64,000 nt of DNA, taken from Alphaproteobacteria bacterium. GTDB lineage: Bacteria; Pseudomonadota; Alphaproteobacteria; UBA9655. The notes beneath the pieces were generated by a model. The model was not told the DNA's origin. It searched no databases and saw nothing but the letters and a program-made list of their open reading frames with translations. The DNA lies in assembly GCA_020049895.1 (NCBI GenBank), contig JAGVLE010000011.1, positions 3,131 to 67,130 on the forward strand, read 5' to 3'. A program made the translations under genes and the position numbers. The stretch's first letter is position 1. Each line of letters begins with the position of its first letter. This document shows, piece after piece, positions 17,869 through 26,002 of this stretch.

Positions 17869-19266
17869 ATGGAGAAATTTGATATTATTGTTGTTGGGGG
17901 AGGCCCCGGTGGGTACGTTTCAGCTATTCGTGCTAGCCAGCTGGGCTTTAAAACTGCGCTTGTGGAGCGCGATGAGATGGGAGGAATTTGCCTAAATTGG
18001 GGCTGTATTCCCACAAAAGCTTTGTTACGCAGCGCAGAAATCAATCATCTTCTTCATTCCTTACCAACCTATGGCTTCAAAGCAGAAAAAGTCTCTTTTG
18101 ATTTCAATAAGATAATAGAGAGGTCTCGGGCTATTAGCACTCAACTTGCGAATGGTGTGAAGCATTTAATGAAAAAGAATAAAGTGACTGTCATTAAGGG
18201 AACCGCTCAGGTAAAGGGGCGTAAAGGGGCGGACATAGAGCTTCTTATTGACGGTAAAGATGTCTTAACAGCGCCTCACGTAATTCTTGCGACAGGCGCA
18301 CGCGCACGGACTCTTCCCGGCCTAGAGGCAGATGGGAAGCTTATTTGGACCTATAAGGAAGCCATGACTCCTGCGGCTATGCCAAAATCTCTTTTGGTTA
18401 TTGGATCAGGGGCCATCGGCGTTGAATTCGCAAGCTTTTATAGGCTTATGGGAGCAGAGGTAACCATTGTAGAGGTCCAGGATCGTATTCTTCCCGTGGA
18501 AGACAAAGAAATCTCAGCGCTTGCTCAAAAATCCTTTGAAAAACAAGGAATGACAATTCACACAGGAGTTACCGTAAAATCTCTCAAGCCACAGAAGGAT
18601 TCTGTAACCGCTACCCTTGAGATAAAAGGAAAAACTCAAGACATAACAGTTGACCGCGTGATTGTTGCGGTGGGCATTACTGGAAACACGGAAAATCTTG
18701 GGCTCGAAAAAACAAAAGTAAAAATTGATAAAGGTCATATCGTTATTGATGAATGGGCGCGAACCAGCGAGCCTGGTATTTATGCGATTGGAGATGTGGC
18801 AGGGGCGCCATGGCTTGCTCATAAAGCGAGTCATGAAGGGGTTACCTGTGTGGAAAAGATTAAAGGTCTTCCCACGGCTCATCCGTTAAAGAAGGCTAAT
18901 ATTCCAGGCTGTACCTATAGCTACCCTCAAATTGCAAGCGTGGGCTTGACAGAAGATCAGGCAAAGGCGGCTGGGAAATATGACATAAAGGTAGGGCGTT
19001 TTCCGTTTCTAGCGAATGGAAAAGCCTTGGCAATGGGGGAGCCAGAAGGTCTTATTAAAACCATCTTTGATAATAAAACGGGTGAATTATTAGGAGCTCA
19101 CATGATCGGCGCTGAAGTGACAGAGCTTATTCAAGGGTTTTGCCTCGCAAAGACCATGGAAGCAACAGAGCAAGATATCATGAATACGATTTTCCCTCAT
19201 CCCACTCTTTCAGAGATGATGCATGAGTCAACTCTAGATGCTTTTGGAAGAGCCATTCATTTTTAG
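17869..19266 (+). CDS. lpdA: dihydrolipoyl dehydrogenase (E3)
   Basis: VVGGGPGGYVSAIRASQLG, redox-active GGICLNWGCIPTKALL, and the C-terminal HPTLSEMM. Confidence 0.93.
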   Translation: MEKFDIIVVGGGPGGYVSAIRASQLGFKTALVERDEMGGICLNWGCIPTKALLRSAEINHLLHSLPTYGFKAEKVSFDFNKIIERSRAISTQLANGVKHLMKKNKVTVIKGTAQVKGRKGADIELLIDGKDVLTAPHVILATGARARTLPGLEADGKLIWTYKEAMTPAAMPKSLLVIGSGAIGVEFASFYRLMGAEVTIVEVQDRILPVEDKEISALAQKSFEKQGMTIHTGVTVKSLKPQKDSVTATLEIKGKTQDITVDRVIVAVGITGNTENLGLEKTKVKIDKGHIVIDEWARTSEPGIYAIGDVAGAPWLAHKASHEGVTCVEKIKGLPTAHPLKKANIPGCTYSYPQIASVGLTEDQAKAAGKYDIKVGRFPFLANGKALAMGEPEGLIKTIFDNKTGELLGAHMIGAEVTELIQGFCLAKTMEATEQDIMNTIFPHPTLSEMMHESTLDAFGRAIHF

Positions 19267-19286
19267 GCTTTTCTTAGATCACGTAA

Positions 19287-21473
19287 TTACCCAGCAGGGA
19301 TGACAACCGGGATCAGGCCATCAATCGTAACGAGACCATTGAGAGCGATCTCTCCTGCCGAAAGAGAGATAACTCCTGACTCAGCGGTAATTGCGCCAGA
19401 TTCGATGGTAACGGCCCCAGAGCTTATATTGAGCTCCCCTCCTTCTATAGAGGCAACGCCCGCATTAATCGTAGCCGTGGTTGTGATGACGGATATATCG
19501 CCTGCTGTAATGGTCGCTGTTCCTGAATCGACAGTCACGGCTTCTGCATTGATGTTCGCTTGACCGGCCTTTACAGAGACAGTTTCAGGAGTTTGAAGAG
19601 AGATATTTCCCCCTGTAACATTGAAAGTAATTCCCCCTGAAAGACAGGTAACAGACACATGTCCCTCTGTTAGCGTAAGAGAGTAATTTCCTTTTGTGAG
19701 GGTTGCACTGTTGTTACCCTCCAGAAGCTCAATGGAATAATCTCCCTTAAGGATTTTCAGAGAATTATTACCCTTTGTAAGGGTTATGTTTTTGTTTCCA
19801 TCAAGCAGTTCTGTAGAGAGGTTGCCTTTTTGAATTTTAAGAGATTTATCTCCTTTTACGAGCGTTAAGCTATCATTTCCTTGCGTCTCTTTTTTGGCCT
19901 CAAGAGTGGTCGTTCGACTGCCATCAGAAAGGGTCGTTTTCCAGTTATCTTGAATGTAAAACTCTAGATCTTTTTGTGCGTGCAAATAAATTTGCTCAGA
20001 TCCTTGCTTATCCTCAAATCTAAATTCGTTATACCCAACCTCCTCGCCTTCAGGGACTTTGCTGGATTGGCTTTTTATTGTCGATTTTGTTGGCTCTGAG
20101 GGTAAATAGGGAGGTTTGTGATCCCCATTATAAACAGATCCTACAATAAGAGGTTTATCTGGATCTCCATCAATAAACGAGACAACAACCTCTTGACCCA
20201 CACGGGGGGTAAACAGTGTTCCCCAATTTGTTCCTGACCATAAGGTTGCTACGCGAATCCAACAAGACGTGGATTCATCTTCTTTTTCTGAGGGATCCCA
20301 GTGAAATTTGACTTTAATACGTCCATATTCCTCTGTATAGATTTCTTCCCCTTCTTTGCCGGTAACCTTAGCCGTTTGTGTTCCAAAAATATGAGGCTTT
20401 GGGGTGATTTGGGGAGCTTTAAAAGGAACGGTTGAAGGAAAAGCAGTGTATGTATTTTCGTAAAGGTGCTCCTTGCGTCCTTCTGGGTTGAGGCGAATTT
20501 CATGGATGACTTCATACAAGACATAATCAAGATTGGCATCCTCCCGAGGATGATCCTTTAGCGTAAACTTGTATCCAGCAAGAAAAAAGGGAACTGTTGA
20601 TAGTCCTCTTACCATTTTATACGGGTATTCTAGAGCTTGAAGACTTGTTTTCGCGAGGGTATCGCCCTGGTTTTGTTGTTGGTAAATCTGCTCATAACGG
20701 GTGATGGTTCCTCCGCCCGCATAGGGTTGCCCGGTTGCTGGAGCTTTAAGCGGCGTTTGAGGCGTAAGATAATTATAGCTTTTTAGAACTGTGTCTTTGG
20801 GAACAATGCGTTGGGTCACAAGGCAAGAGCTGACTTTCAACAGAAACTGATCTTGCGCTGCTGCATCATGAAAACTTGCTGTGACAGCAGAAGGGCAGGG
20901 GGCATGAGCCGTTGGTGAGTCTGCGAGCACAAGCATATGGCTGGTTTGGTTTTGCTGGAAAAAGTAAAAAATTCCTTCTTTTTCCATAAGCCGTGAAATG
21001 AAGGCGAAATCAGTCTCGTTATATTGAACACAGTATTCCAGAGGGGACATCCCTGCGCTTGTTACCTGGTTGGAGTAGGGAACTTCGTGCTCGTCAAGAA
21101 CGCTTTTAATAATATCAAGGGCTGATTTGTTTTGAAAAATGCGGCACTGTCCGGAAAAATTTAAAAGCCAGAGTTTTGGATACAGAATAGCGCGATAATT
21201 TGTTTGAAAATTCAAGGGAGTAAAGGGGGTGTCGTCTTGTTCAAAATGACCAATAATGCCCTGAAATGTACGTGTCTCTGACCCTACCGTTAGGGAAACG
21301 GTGGCACTTTGCCCCATCAACGCATTAAAATTTATATCTCGGGTCGTAGACGTCATCAAAAGAGTATATTCAAAGGGAGCTGAAAGGCGCTCAATTCCTC
21401 GGAATTGAGAAAGAGAAAAAGATCCCTCTGGGGTTTTCACCTCTAAAAAAAGTTTGTTTTCTTGTTGCGCCAT
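19287..21473 (-). CDS. vgrG: type VI secretion system spike protein VgrG
   Basis: 728 aa. gp27-like N-terminus (FRGIERLSAPFEYTLLMTS), then a gp5 OB-fold (WIRVATLWSGTNWGTLFTPRVGQEVVVSFIDGDPDKPLIVGSVYNG). The C-terminus is a beta-helix of short repeats (LTLTKGNNSLKILKGDYSIELLEGNNSATLTKGNYSLTLTEG...). Confidence 0.9.
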   Translation of the reverse strand: MAQQENKLFLEVKTPEGSFSLSQFRGIERLSAPFEYTLLMTSTTRDINFNALMGQSATVSLTVGSETRTFQGIIGHFEQDDTPFTPLNFQTNYRAILYPKLWLLNFSGQCRIFQNKSALDIIKSVLDEHEVPYSNQVTSAGMSPLEYCVQYNETDFAFISRLMEKEGIFYFFQQNQTSHMLVLADSPTAHAPCPSAVTASFHDAAAQDQFLLKVSSCLVTQRIVPKDTVLKSYNYLTPQTPLKAPATGQPYAGGGTITRYEQIYQQQNQGDTLAKTSLQALEYPYKMVRGLSTVPFFLAGYKFTLKDHPREDANLDYVLYEVIHEIRLNPEGRKEHLYENTYTAFPSTVPFKAPQITPKPHIFGTQTAKVTGKEGEEIYTEEYGRIKVKFHWDPSEKEDESTSCWIRVATLWSGTNWGTLFTPRVGQEVVVSFIDGDPDKPLIVGSVYNGDHKPPYLPSEPTKSTIKSQSSKVPEGEEVGYNEFRFEDKQGSEQIYLHAQKDLEFYIQDNWKTTLSDGSRTTTLEAKKETQGNDSLTLVKGDKSLKIQKGNLSTELLDGNKNITLTKGNNSLKILKGDYSIELLEGNNSATLTKGNYSLTLTEGHVSVTCLSGGITFNVTGGNISLQTPETVSVKAGQANINAEAVTVDSGTATITAGDISVITTTATINAGVASIEGGELNISSGAVTIESGAITAESGVISLSAGEIALNGLVTIDGLIPVVIPAG

Positions 21474-21641
21474 TTTTCACCCTTGTGGTTGGGAAGGTGT
21501 TATTTTTTTTGATGATATACTCCGTCCCTATCTCCTCCAAACAAAAACTTCAATAAGAATGATAAATTGCATCGTGCGGAAGGGAGGGGAGAAAGAGAGA
21601 GAGTTAAGCGGTAAAAGTTTCAAAAAACCAAAGAAAAGATG

Positions 21642-21715
21642 TGGAGGCCAGGACCGGAATCGAACCGGTATACGAGGATTTGCAGTCCTCTGCATCACCA
21701 CTCTGCCACCCGGCC
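21642..21715 (-). tRNA. tRNA-Cys (anticodon GCA)
   Basis: Folded by hand from GGCCGGGTGGCAGAGTGGTGATGCAGAGGACTGCAAATCCTCGTATACCGGTTCGATTCCGGTCCTGGCCTCCA. It has a 7-bp acceptor stem with one G-U pair and the anticodon loop CTGCAAA. The T-arm is ACCGG/TTCGATT/CCGGT. The discriminator is U73, as expected for Cys, and CCA is encoded. Confidence 0.9.
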
Positions 21716-21962
21716 GCCGAAAAGGAGTGTAGCTGGTCTTTCAGCACCTGGTCAAGATTCTTTCTACAACAGCAGAAATTCCTGATGCTGTCATAAAAAG
21801 CAATGGGAATTATTGGGGAAACATTCACTTTCAAGGGAAGAGGATGTAACAAAGAAAATAGGGGGGATGCTGACGTAATAAAACAAAACCACTTCAAGAT
21901 CGAAGCGCTCTTCAAGAGATGGCAATGACGGCCTAGTCTACCTCTCTTAGCGCTTTTCTAGT

Positions 21963-22412
21963 CTAATTGTCTTGCTTCTGACCTTCATTCGATGATCTAC
22001 CGAGTTTAAGTCTTGTGTCGGGTGGAGACCCTTCCTGAGAGTTGGTAGAGGCTGTAGACCTACGTACTAGAAGAGTGCTTGTTTTTTTACCCACAGACCC
22101 TATTACTGTAATCTCTTTTACCTCTTTATTTTTAGGTTTTTCAGTTCTCTCTAGGATTTTCGTCCAGCGTTCTTGAGATATAGTTCCGCCTTTTTCTCCC
22201 GTAGCTTTGACTTTGCTGTTAGCATCTCTTGCCTGTAGCCTTGCTAATTCTTGACAAAACTCTTTATCAGCTTTTGTCCCGATCATTTCTAGGGCTTTAA
22301 AGAAATCCTCTTCCGTTTCCATAGCCATCAGCTTGTGACCTGCAGCAAGACATGTGGAAAGAATCAGTATAAAAGAAATTTTTTTGAAACAGATAGTCTT
22401 CACGTACAACAC
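21963..22412 (-). CDS. hypothetical protein with signal-peptide-like N-terminus
   Basis: 149-aa ORF. A hydrophobic N-terminus (KKISFILILSTCLAAGHKLMA) is followed by a charged Lys/Glu-rich sequence. The start codon is non-ATG (GTG/TTG) or an internal ATG (METEED...). No family recognised. Confidence 0.45.
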   Translation of the reverse strand: MLYVKTICFKKISFILILSTCLAAGHKLMAMETEEDFFKALEMIGTKADKEFCQELARLQARDANSKVKATGEKGGTISQERWTKILERTEKPKNKEVKEITVIGSVGKKTSTLLVRRSTASTNSQEGSPPDTRLKLGRSSNEGQKQDN

Positions 22413-22490
22413 CTACTACAAAAATTAACATTATCCTTATTTACTAGAGTTAGCTTAAAAATGCAAGAAGGGGCTTGCTCATGTCCGTAA

Positions 22491-22613
22491 AGACTATTTT
22501 ATTTAGGGTCCTTTTTGGAAGGACTTGGGACGGGAGCTGGATTAATTATTGCTATTGGGGCTCAGAATGCTTTGCTTTTAAAGCAAGGGATCCTCAAAAA
22601 TCACGTTTATAAT
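22491..22613 (+). pseudogene. remnant of the 5' end of a LysE/ArgO-family exporter gene
   Basis: The in-frame translation YLGSFLEGLGTGAGLIIAIGAQNALLLKQGILKNHVY matches the conserved N-terminus of LysE/ArgO exporters (..GL.LG.SLI..IG(A/P)QN.F.L.QG..). The similarity ends where the frame runs antisense into the secF 3' end. There is no ATG. Confidence 0.4.
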
Positions 22614-22616
22614 AGG

Positions 22617-23519
22617 TTAGAGAGTTCCTACATTCTTACGCAGTGTGGTGTGAAGCAACAAGGGTGCAGAGACCACGATGGAAGAAATGGTCCCCGCTGT
22701 GATTCCTACAATAATAGGGAGGCTGAAGTCGGCAATGACTGTTCCTCCAAAGAAATAGAGCCCTAAAAGAGACAGAAGAGTGGTAGTGGAGGTTAAAATG
22801 GTTCGAGAGAGGGTTTCATTAATGCTAAGATTAATGAGCTCTCTAAGGGGCATTTTTTTGAATTTGCGTAGGTTTTCTCGAATGCGATCATAAATCACCA
22901 CTGTATCGTTGATCGAATAGGTGACAGTAATCAAAATGGCAATGATGGTGGTTTCATTAAATTCTAGTTGGAAAAGGGAGAAGAGGCCCAGAACAATAAG
23001 GGCGTCATGGGCCAAGGTAATGAAAGAACATACTCCGAACTGCCATTCAAAGCGAAACCATATATAAGCCAACATGGCTACCAGAGCCCAACAGACGGCA
23101 TAAATGCCGTTACGCACAAGGTCAGCGCTGACTTTGGGGCCTACGGTTTCCACACGACGATAGTCGACGTTTCCTCCAAGTTTTTCCTTAATTTTTTCGA
23201 GAGCTACAAGTTGGTCTTTATCGCTTCCTGTTTGACGTTCGACGCGAATCAACACATCTTGAGAAGAACCAAATTCCTGAAGACTTACTTCACCCTCCAC
23301 AACTCCATGGAGATCTTGGCGAAGTTTGGAAATGTCTGCAGGTTCCTTTGTGCGGATTTCAAGGAGCAAGCCGCCTTTAAAATCGATCCCATAATTAAAG
23401 CCTTGAGTAAAGATAGATCCAAGGCAGACTATGGTAATGGCGATCAAAACAGAGAAGAAAAAGTTCTTTTTGCTGACAAAATCAAACTTTGTATCGTAGG
23501 GAATAAAATGAAGCCCCAT
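22617..23519 (-). CDS. secF: protein translocase subunit SecF
   Basis: MGLHFIPYDTKFDFVSKKNFFF, then FNYGIDFKGG and six hydrophobic spans. AGGAG lies upstream of the ATG at 23519. The longer ORF reaching 23573 would overlap secD. Confidence 0.92.
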   Translation of the reverse strand: MGLHFIPYDTKFDFVSKKNFFFSVLIAITIVCLGSIFTQGFNYGIDFKGGLLLEIRTKEPADISKLRQDLHGVVEGEVSLQEFGSSQDVLIRVERQTGSDKDQLVALEKIKEKLGGNVDYRRVETVGPKVSADLVRNGIYAVCWALVAMLAYIWFRFEWQFGVCSFITLAHDALIVLGLFSLFQLEFNETTIIAILITVTYSINDTVVIYDRIRENLRKFKKMPLRELINLSINETLSRTILTSTTTLLSLLGLYFFGGTVIADFSLPIIVGITAGTISSIVVSAPLLLHTTLRKNVGTL

Positions 23520-23530
23520 TACATTATCTC

Positions 23531-25090
23531 CTAAATGGGAAGGCGAGTGGGGCGCACAAGGCGAAGCCACCAAGCCACAATTTGTTTTGTAACCGTAATT
23601 GCTGTGAACATGGAAATAATGATTCCAAGGGACGTTGTCACTGCAAAGCCGCGTGTTGGGCCAGAGCCAAAATGATAGAGAAGCCCAACGCCAATCAGGG
23701 TTGTCAAGTTAGAGTCAATAATCGTTGTCATGGCACGGTTATAGCCCGCATCAATGGCACTTAACATTTTTCGTCCCAAACGAAGTTCTTCTTTAATGCG
23801 TTCGTTAATCAAAACGTTTGCATCCACAGCCATTCCTATAGTGAGGGCAATTCCTGCAATTCCAGGCAATGTAAGGGTTGCTTGGGTGATAGAAAGCGCT
23901 CCAAAGAGAAGGATGAGGTTGAAGACAACAGCAATATTGGCAATGGCTCCAAAGAAGGAATAAGCAATGAACATAAAAGCGACAACCAACGCAATGGCTA
24001 TCAGAGTGGCTCTTTGGCCTGCCAAAATGGAATCTGCACCAAGGCCAGGACCGACCGTACGTTCTTCAATCACATTGAGGGGGGCAGGAAGAGCACCTGC
24101 GCGCATAAGAAGCGCAAGGTCTTGAGCTTCTTGAACAGTAAAGCTACCTGAAATTTGTCCTGATCCTCCGAGGATAGGTTCGTGAATCCGTGGTGCGCTG
24201 ATTACTTTGTTATCAAGGACAATGGCAAAAATAGCACCAATGCTTTTTTGTGTCGCATCCCCAAATTTTTTCGCTCCTAAACTATCAAACTTAAAACTAA
24301 CAAGAGGCCTGTTATATTGGTCAAAGCTAGGCTGTGCATCCACAAGGTTTTCGCCGCTTACAATGACTTGTTTTTTCACTGCATAATGGACAGGTCCCCC
24401 TTTATGGTCTTCAGAAAGAATATCATGCCCGGCGATAGGCCGAGCGGGGTCTGCGGTTAGCGAAGGATCTATAAATCGGAATTGAAGCTTGGCTGTTTTT
24501 CCCAACAGACTTTTAATCCGAGCCGGATCCTGGAGGCCGGGAAGCTGAACAAGGATTCTGTCTTCTCCTTGCTGTTGGATAAAAGGTTCTGCTGTTCCCA
24601 TTTCATCCACTCGGCGCCGTACAATTTCAATGGATTGGGCAAGGGTGGATCGTTTGCGTTCAGCGATAGCTGCAGCCGTAAGAGTGAGTGTCACTTGCCC
24701 TTCAGGAGTTGTCATAAACTCAAGGTCGCGATTGGTTGTTTTAATAAGAGGAATAACGATGTCGGCATCCAAAGGATTCCGCAATCTAAAGGTAACAAAA
24801 TCTTTTTTAGCAGCAAGACCTATATACCCTATGCGCTCTTTACGAAGAACAGTTCGGACAGTTTCTGCGAGGGATTCCATTTGTTCTTGCAAAGCAGCTT
24901 GAGCATCAACCTCAAGAAGGAGATGGGCTCCCCCTTGAAGGTCAAGACCAAGGACAACTTTATTTTTTGGAAACCAACTCGGAAAGCTTTCTAGTTGTGC
25001 TCGGGAGAAAAAATTAGGTGCAGCAAATACAAGGCCTAAAAGGCAGACCCCAATAACCACGAGAGTTTTCCATAAAGGAATGTGTATCAC
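23531..25090 (-). CDS. secD: protein translocase subunit SecD
   Basis: 519 aa. LGLDLQGGAHLLLEVD, a periplasmic domain, and C-terminal spans with GIAGIALTIGMAVDANVLINERIKEE. Confidence 0.93.
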   Translation of the reverse strand: MIHIPLWKTLVVIGVCLLGLVFAAPNFFSRAQLESFPSWFPKNKVVLGLDLQGGAHLLLEVDAQAALQEQMESLAETVRTVLRKERIGYIGLAAKKDFVTFRLRNPLDADIVIPLIKTTNRDLEFMTTPEGQVTLTLTAAAIAERKRSTLAQSIEIVRRRVDEMGTAEPFIQQQGEDRILVQLPGLQDPARIKSLLGKTAKLQFRFIDPSLTADPARPIAGHDILSEDHKGGPVHYAVKKQVIVSGENLVDAQPSFDQYNRPLVSFKFDSLGAKKFGDATQKSIGAIFAIVLDNKVISAPRIHEPILGGSGQISGSFTVQEAQDLALLMRAGALPAPLNVIEERTVGPGLGADSILAGQRATLIAIALVVAFMFIAYSFFGAIANIAVVFNLILLFGALSITQATLTLPGIAGIALTIGMAVDANVLINERIKEELRLGRKMLSAIDAGYNRAMTTIIDSNLTTLIGVGLLYHFGSGPTRGFAVTTSLGIIISMFTAITVTKQIVAWWLRLVRPTRLPI

Positions 25091-25124
25091 TGTATTTTCT
25101 CGTTTTCTCTACCAGCCGTATAGA

Positions 25125-25580
25125 TTACTTCTTTGCCTTAACAGCTTTCTTTTTTGCTGGTTTTTTTGCAGCAACCTTAAGAGCTACCTTTTTTGCAGCT
25201 GGCTTTTTTAAGGCCATACGAGGAGCTACTTTTTTCTTTTCTGTTTTTTCTGATATGTCAGCAGCAGGTTCTGTTTTGGAAAGAAGATCGGCTACTGTAG
25301 CGCGAGCTACCCGCACACGAACATTGTCTGCAATTTCAACCTGAAGTTCTTGGTCGTTAATAACTTTCGTGATCACCCCAATTAAACCGCCAGTTGTGAC
25401 AATGCGATCTCCGCGACGCAATGAATTCAAAAGCTCTTTTTGTTGTTGAGCCTTTTTTTGTTGAGGGCGAATGAGAAAGAAATAGAAAACAACAAAAATA
25501 AGAAGCAGGGGAAGAAGAGACATAAAATCAAATCCAGCAATGGATCCAAGAGATTGAGCGCAAGCAGGAGATATAAGCAT
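25125..25580 (-). CDS. yajC: preprotein translocase subunit YajC with Lys/Ala-rich C-terminal extension
   Basis: YajC core (LLPLLLIFVVFYFFLIRPQQKK...GDRIVTTGGLIGVI) followed by KKVAPRMALKKPAAKKVALKVAAKKPAKKKAVKAKK. Confidence 0.88.
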   Translation of the reverse strand: MLISPACAQSLGSIAGFDFMSLLPLLLIFVVFYFFLIRPQQKKAQQQKELLNSLRRGDRIVTTGGLIGVITKVINDQELQVEIADNVRVRVARATVADLLSKTEPAADISEKTEKKKVAPRMALKKPAAKKVALKVAAKKPAKKKAVKAKK

Positions 25581-25749
25581 AAGAGTCCTCTTTTTTTATT
25601 TATTAATGACTAACTTAATTTTATGCCAGCATACATTCAAAAATGCAATATGGTTATTTATCTTCTTCTCTTATGCCCCTAATGCATAGGGGGGATGCAA
25701 AAATTGTATTTGTGTTTGCCGGATATATTCGTTAAAACTTATCGTTAAT

Positions 25750-25790
25750 CAGCCCAGGAATACCTCCCTATACCTGGGCTGAGCTTTTTT
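25750..25790 (+). terminator. orphan intrinsic terminator in the yajC / rodZ-like intergenic region
   Basis: The 9-bp stem cagcccagg (25750-25758) pairs with cctgggctg (25773-25781), followed by agctttttt. No plus-strand CDS lies upstream of it. Confidence 0.5.
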
Positions 25791-26002
25791 GAGGCTAGAT
25801 GCCTTGTAGGGTCTTCAGATCCCTGATCTTATTGACGCAAACCTTCCCATTAATAATTCCGTCTTTTTTTATTTAATCTTTCGTCTCTGTATGCTATAAG
25901 TAACGTATTCATTTTTGTTGTTCTCGTGACACGTCTTGTTTTTTCTAAAAGTATAGCTGTTATTAATATTATACCTCTCAAGAGCAAAGGGAGCTCTTAT
26001 TT

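Noticed and set aside
19287-19700. A C-terminal toxin domain on VgrG (an evolved VgrG)
   Set aside because: The C-terminal ~140 aa are short Gly/Ser/Thr/Ile/Ala repeats that continue the gp5-type beta-helix. No catalytic-looking motif or globular segment is visible.
21454-21915. ORFs 21454-21732 (+) and 21604-21915 (-) between vgrG and the orphan gene
   Set aside because: Both run through the tRNA-Cys gene (21642-21715). The translations have no protein-like features, so they are most likely spurious.
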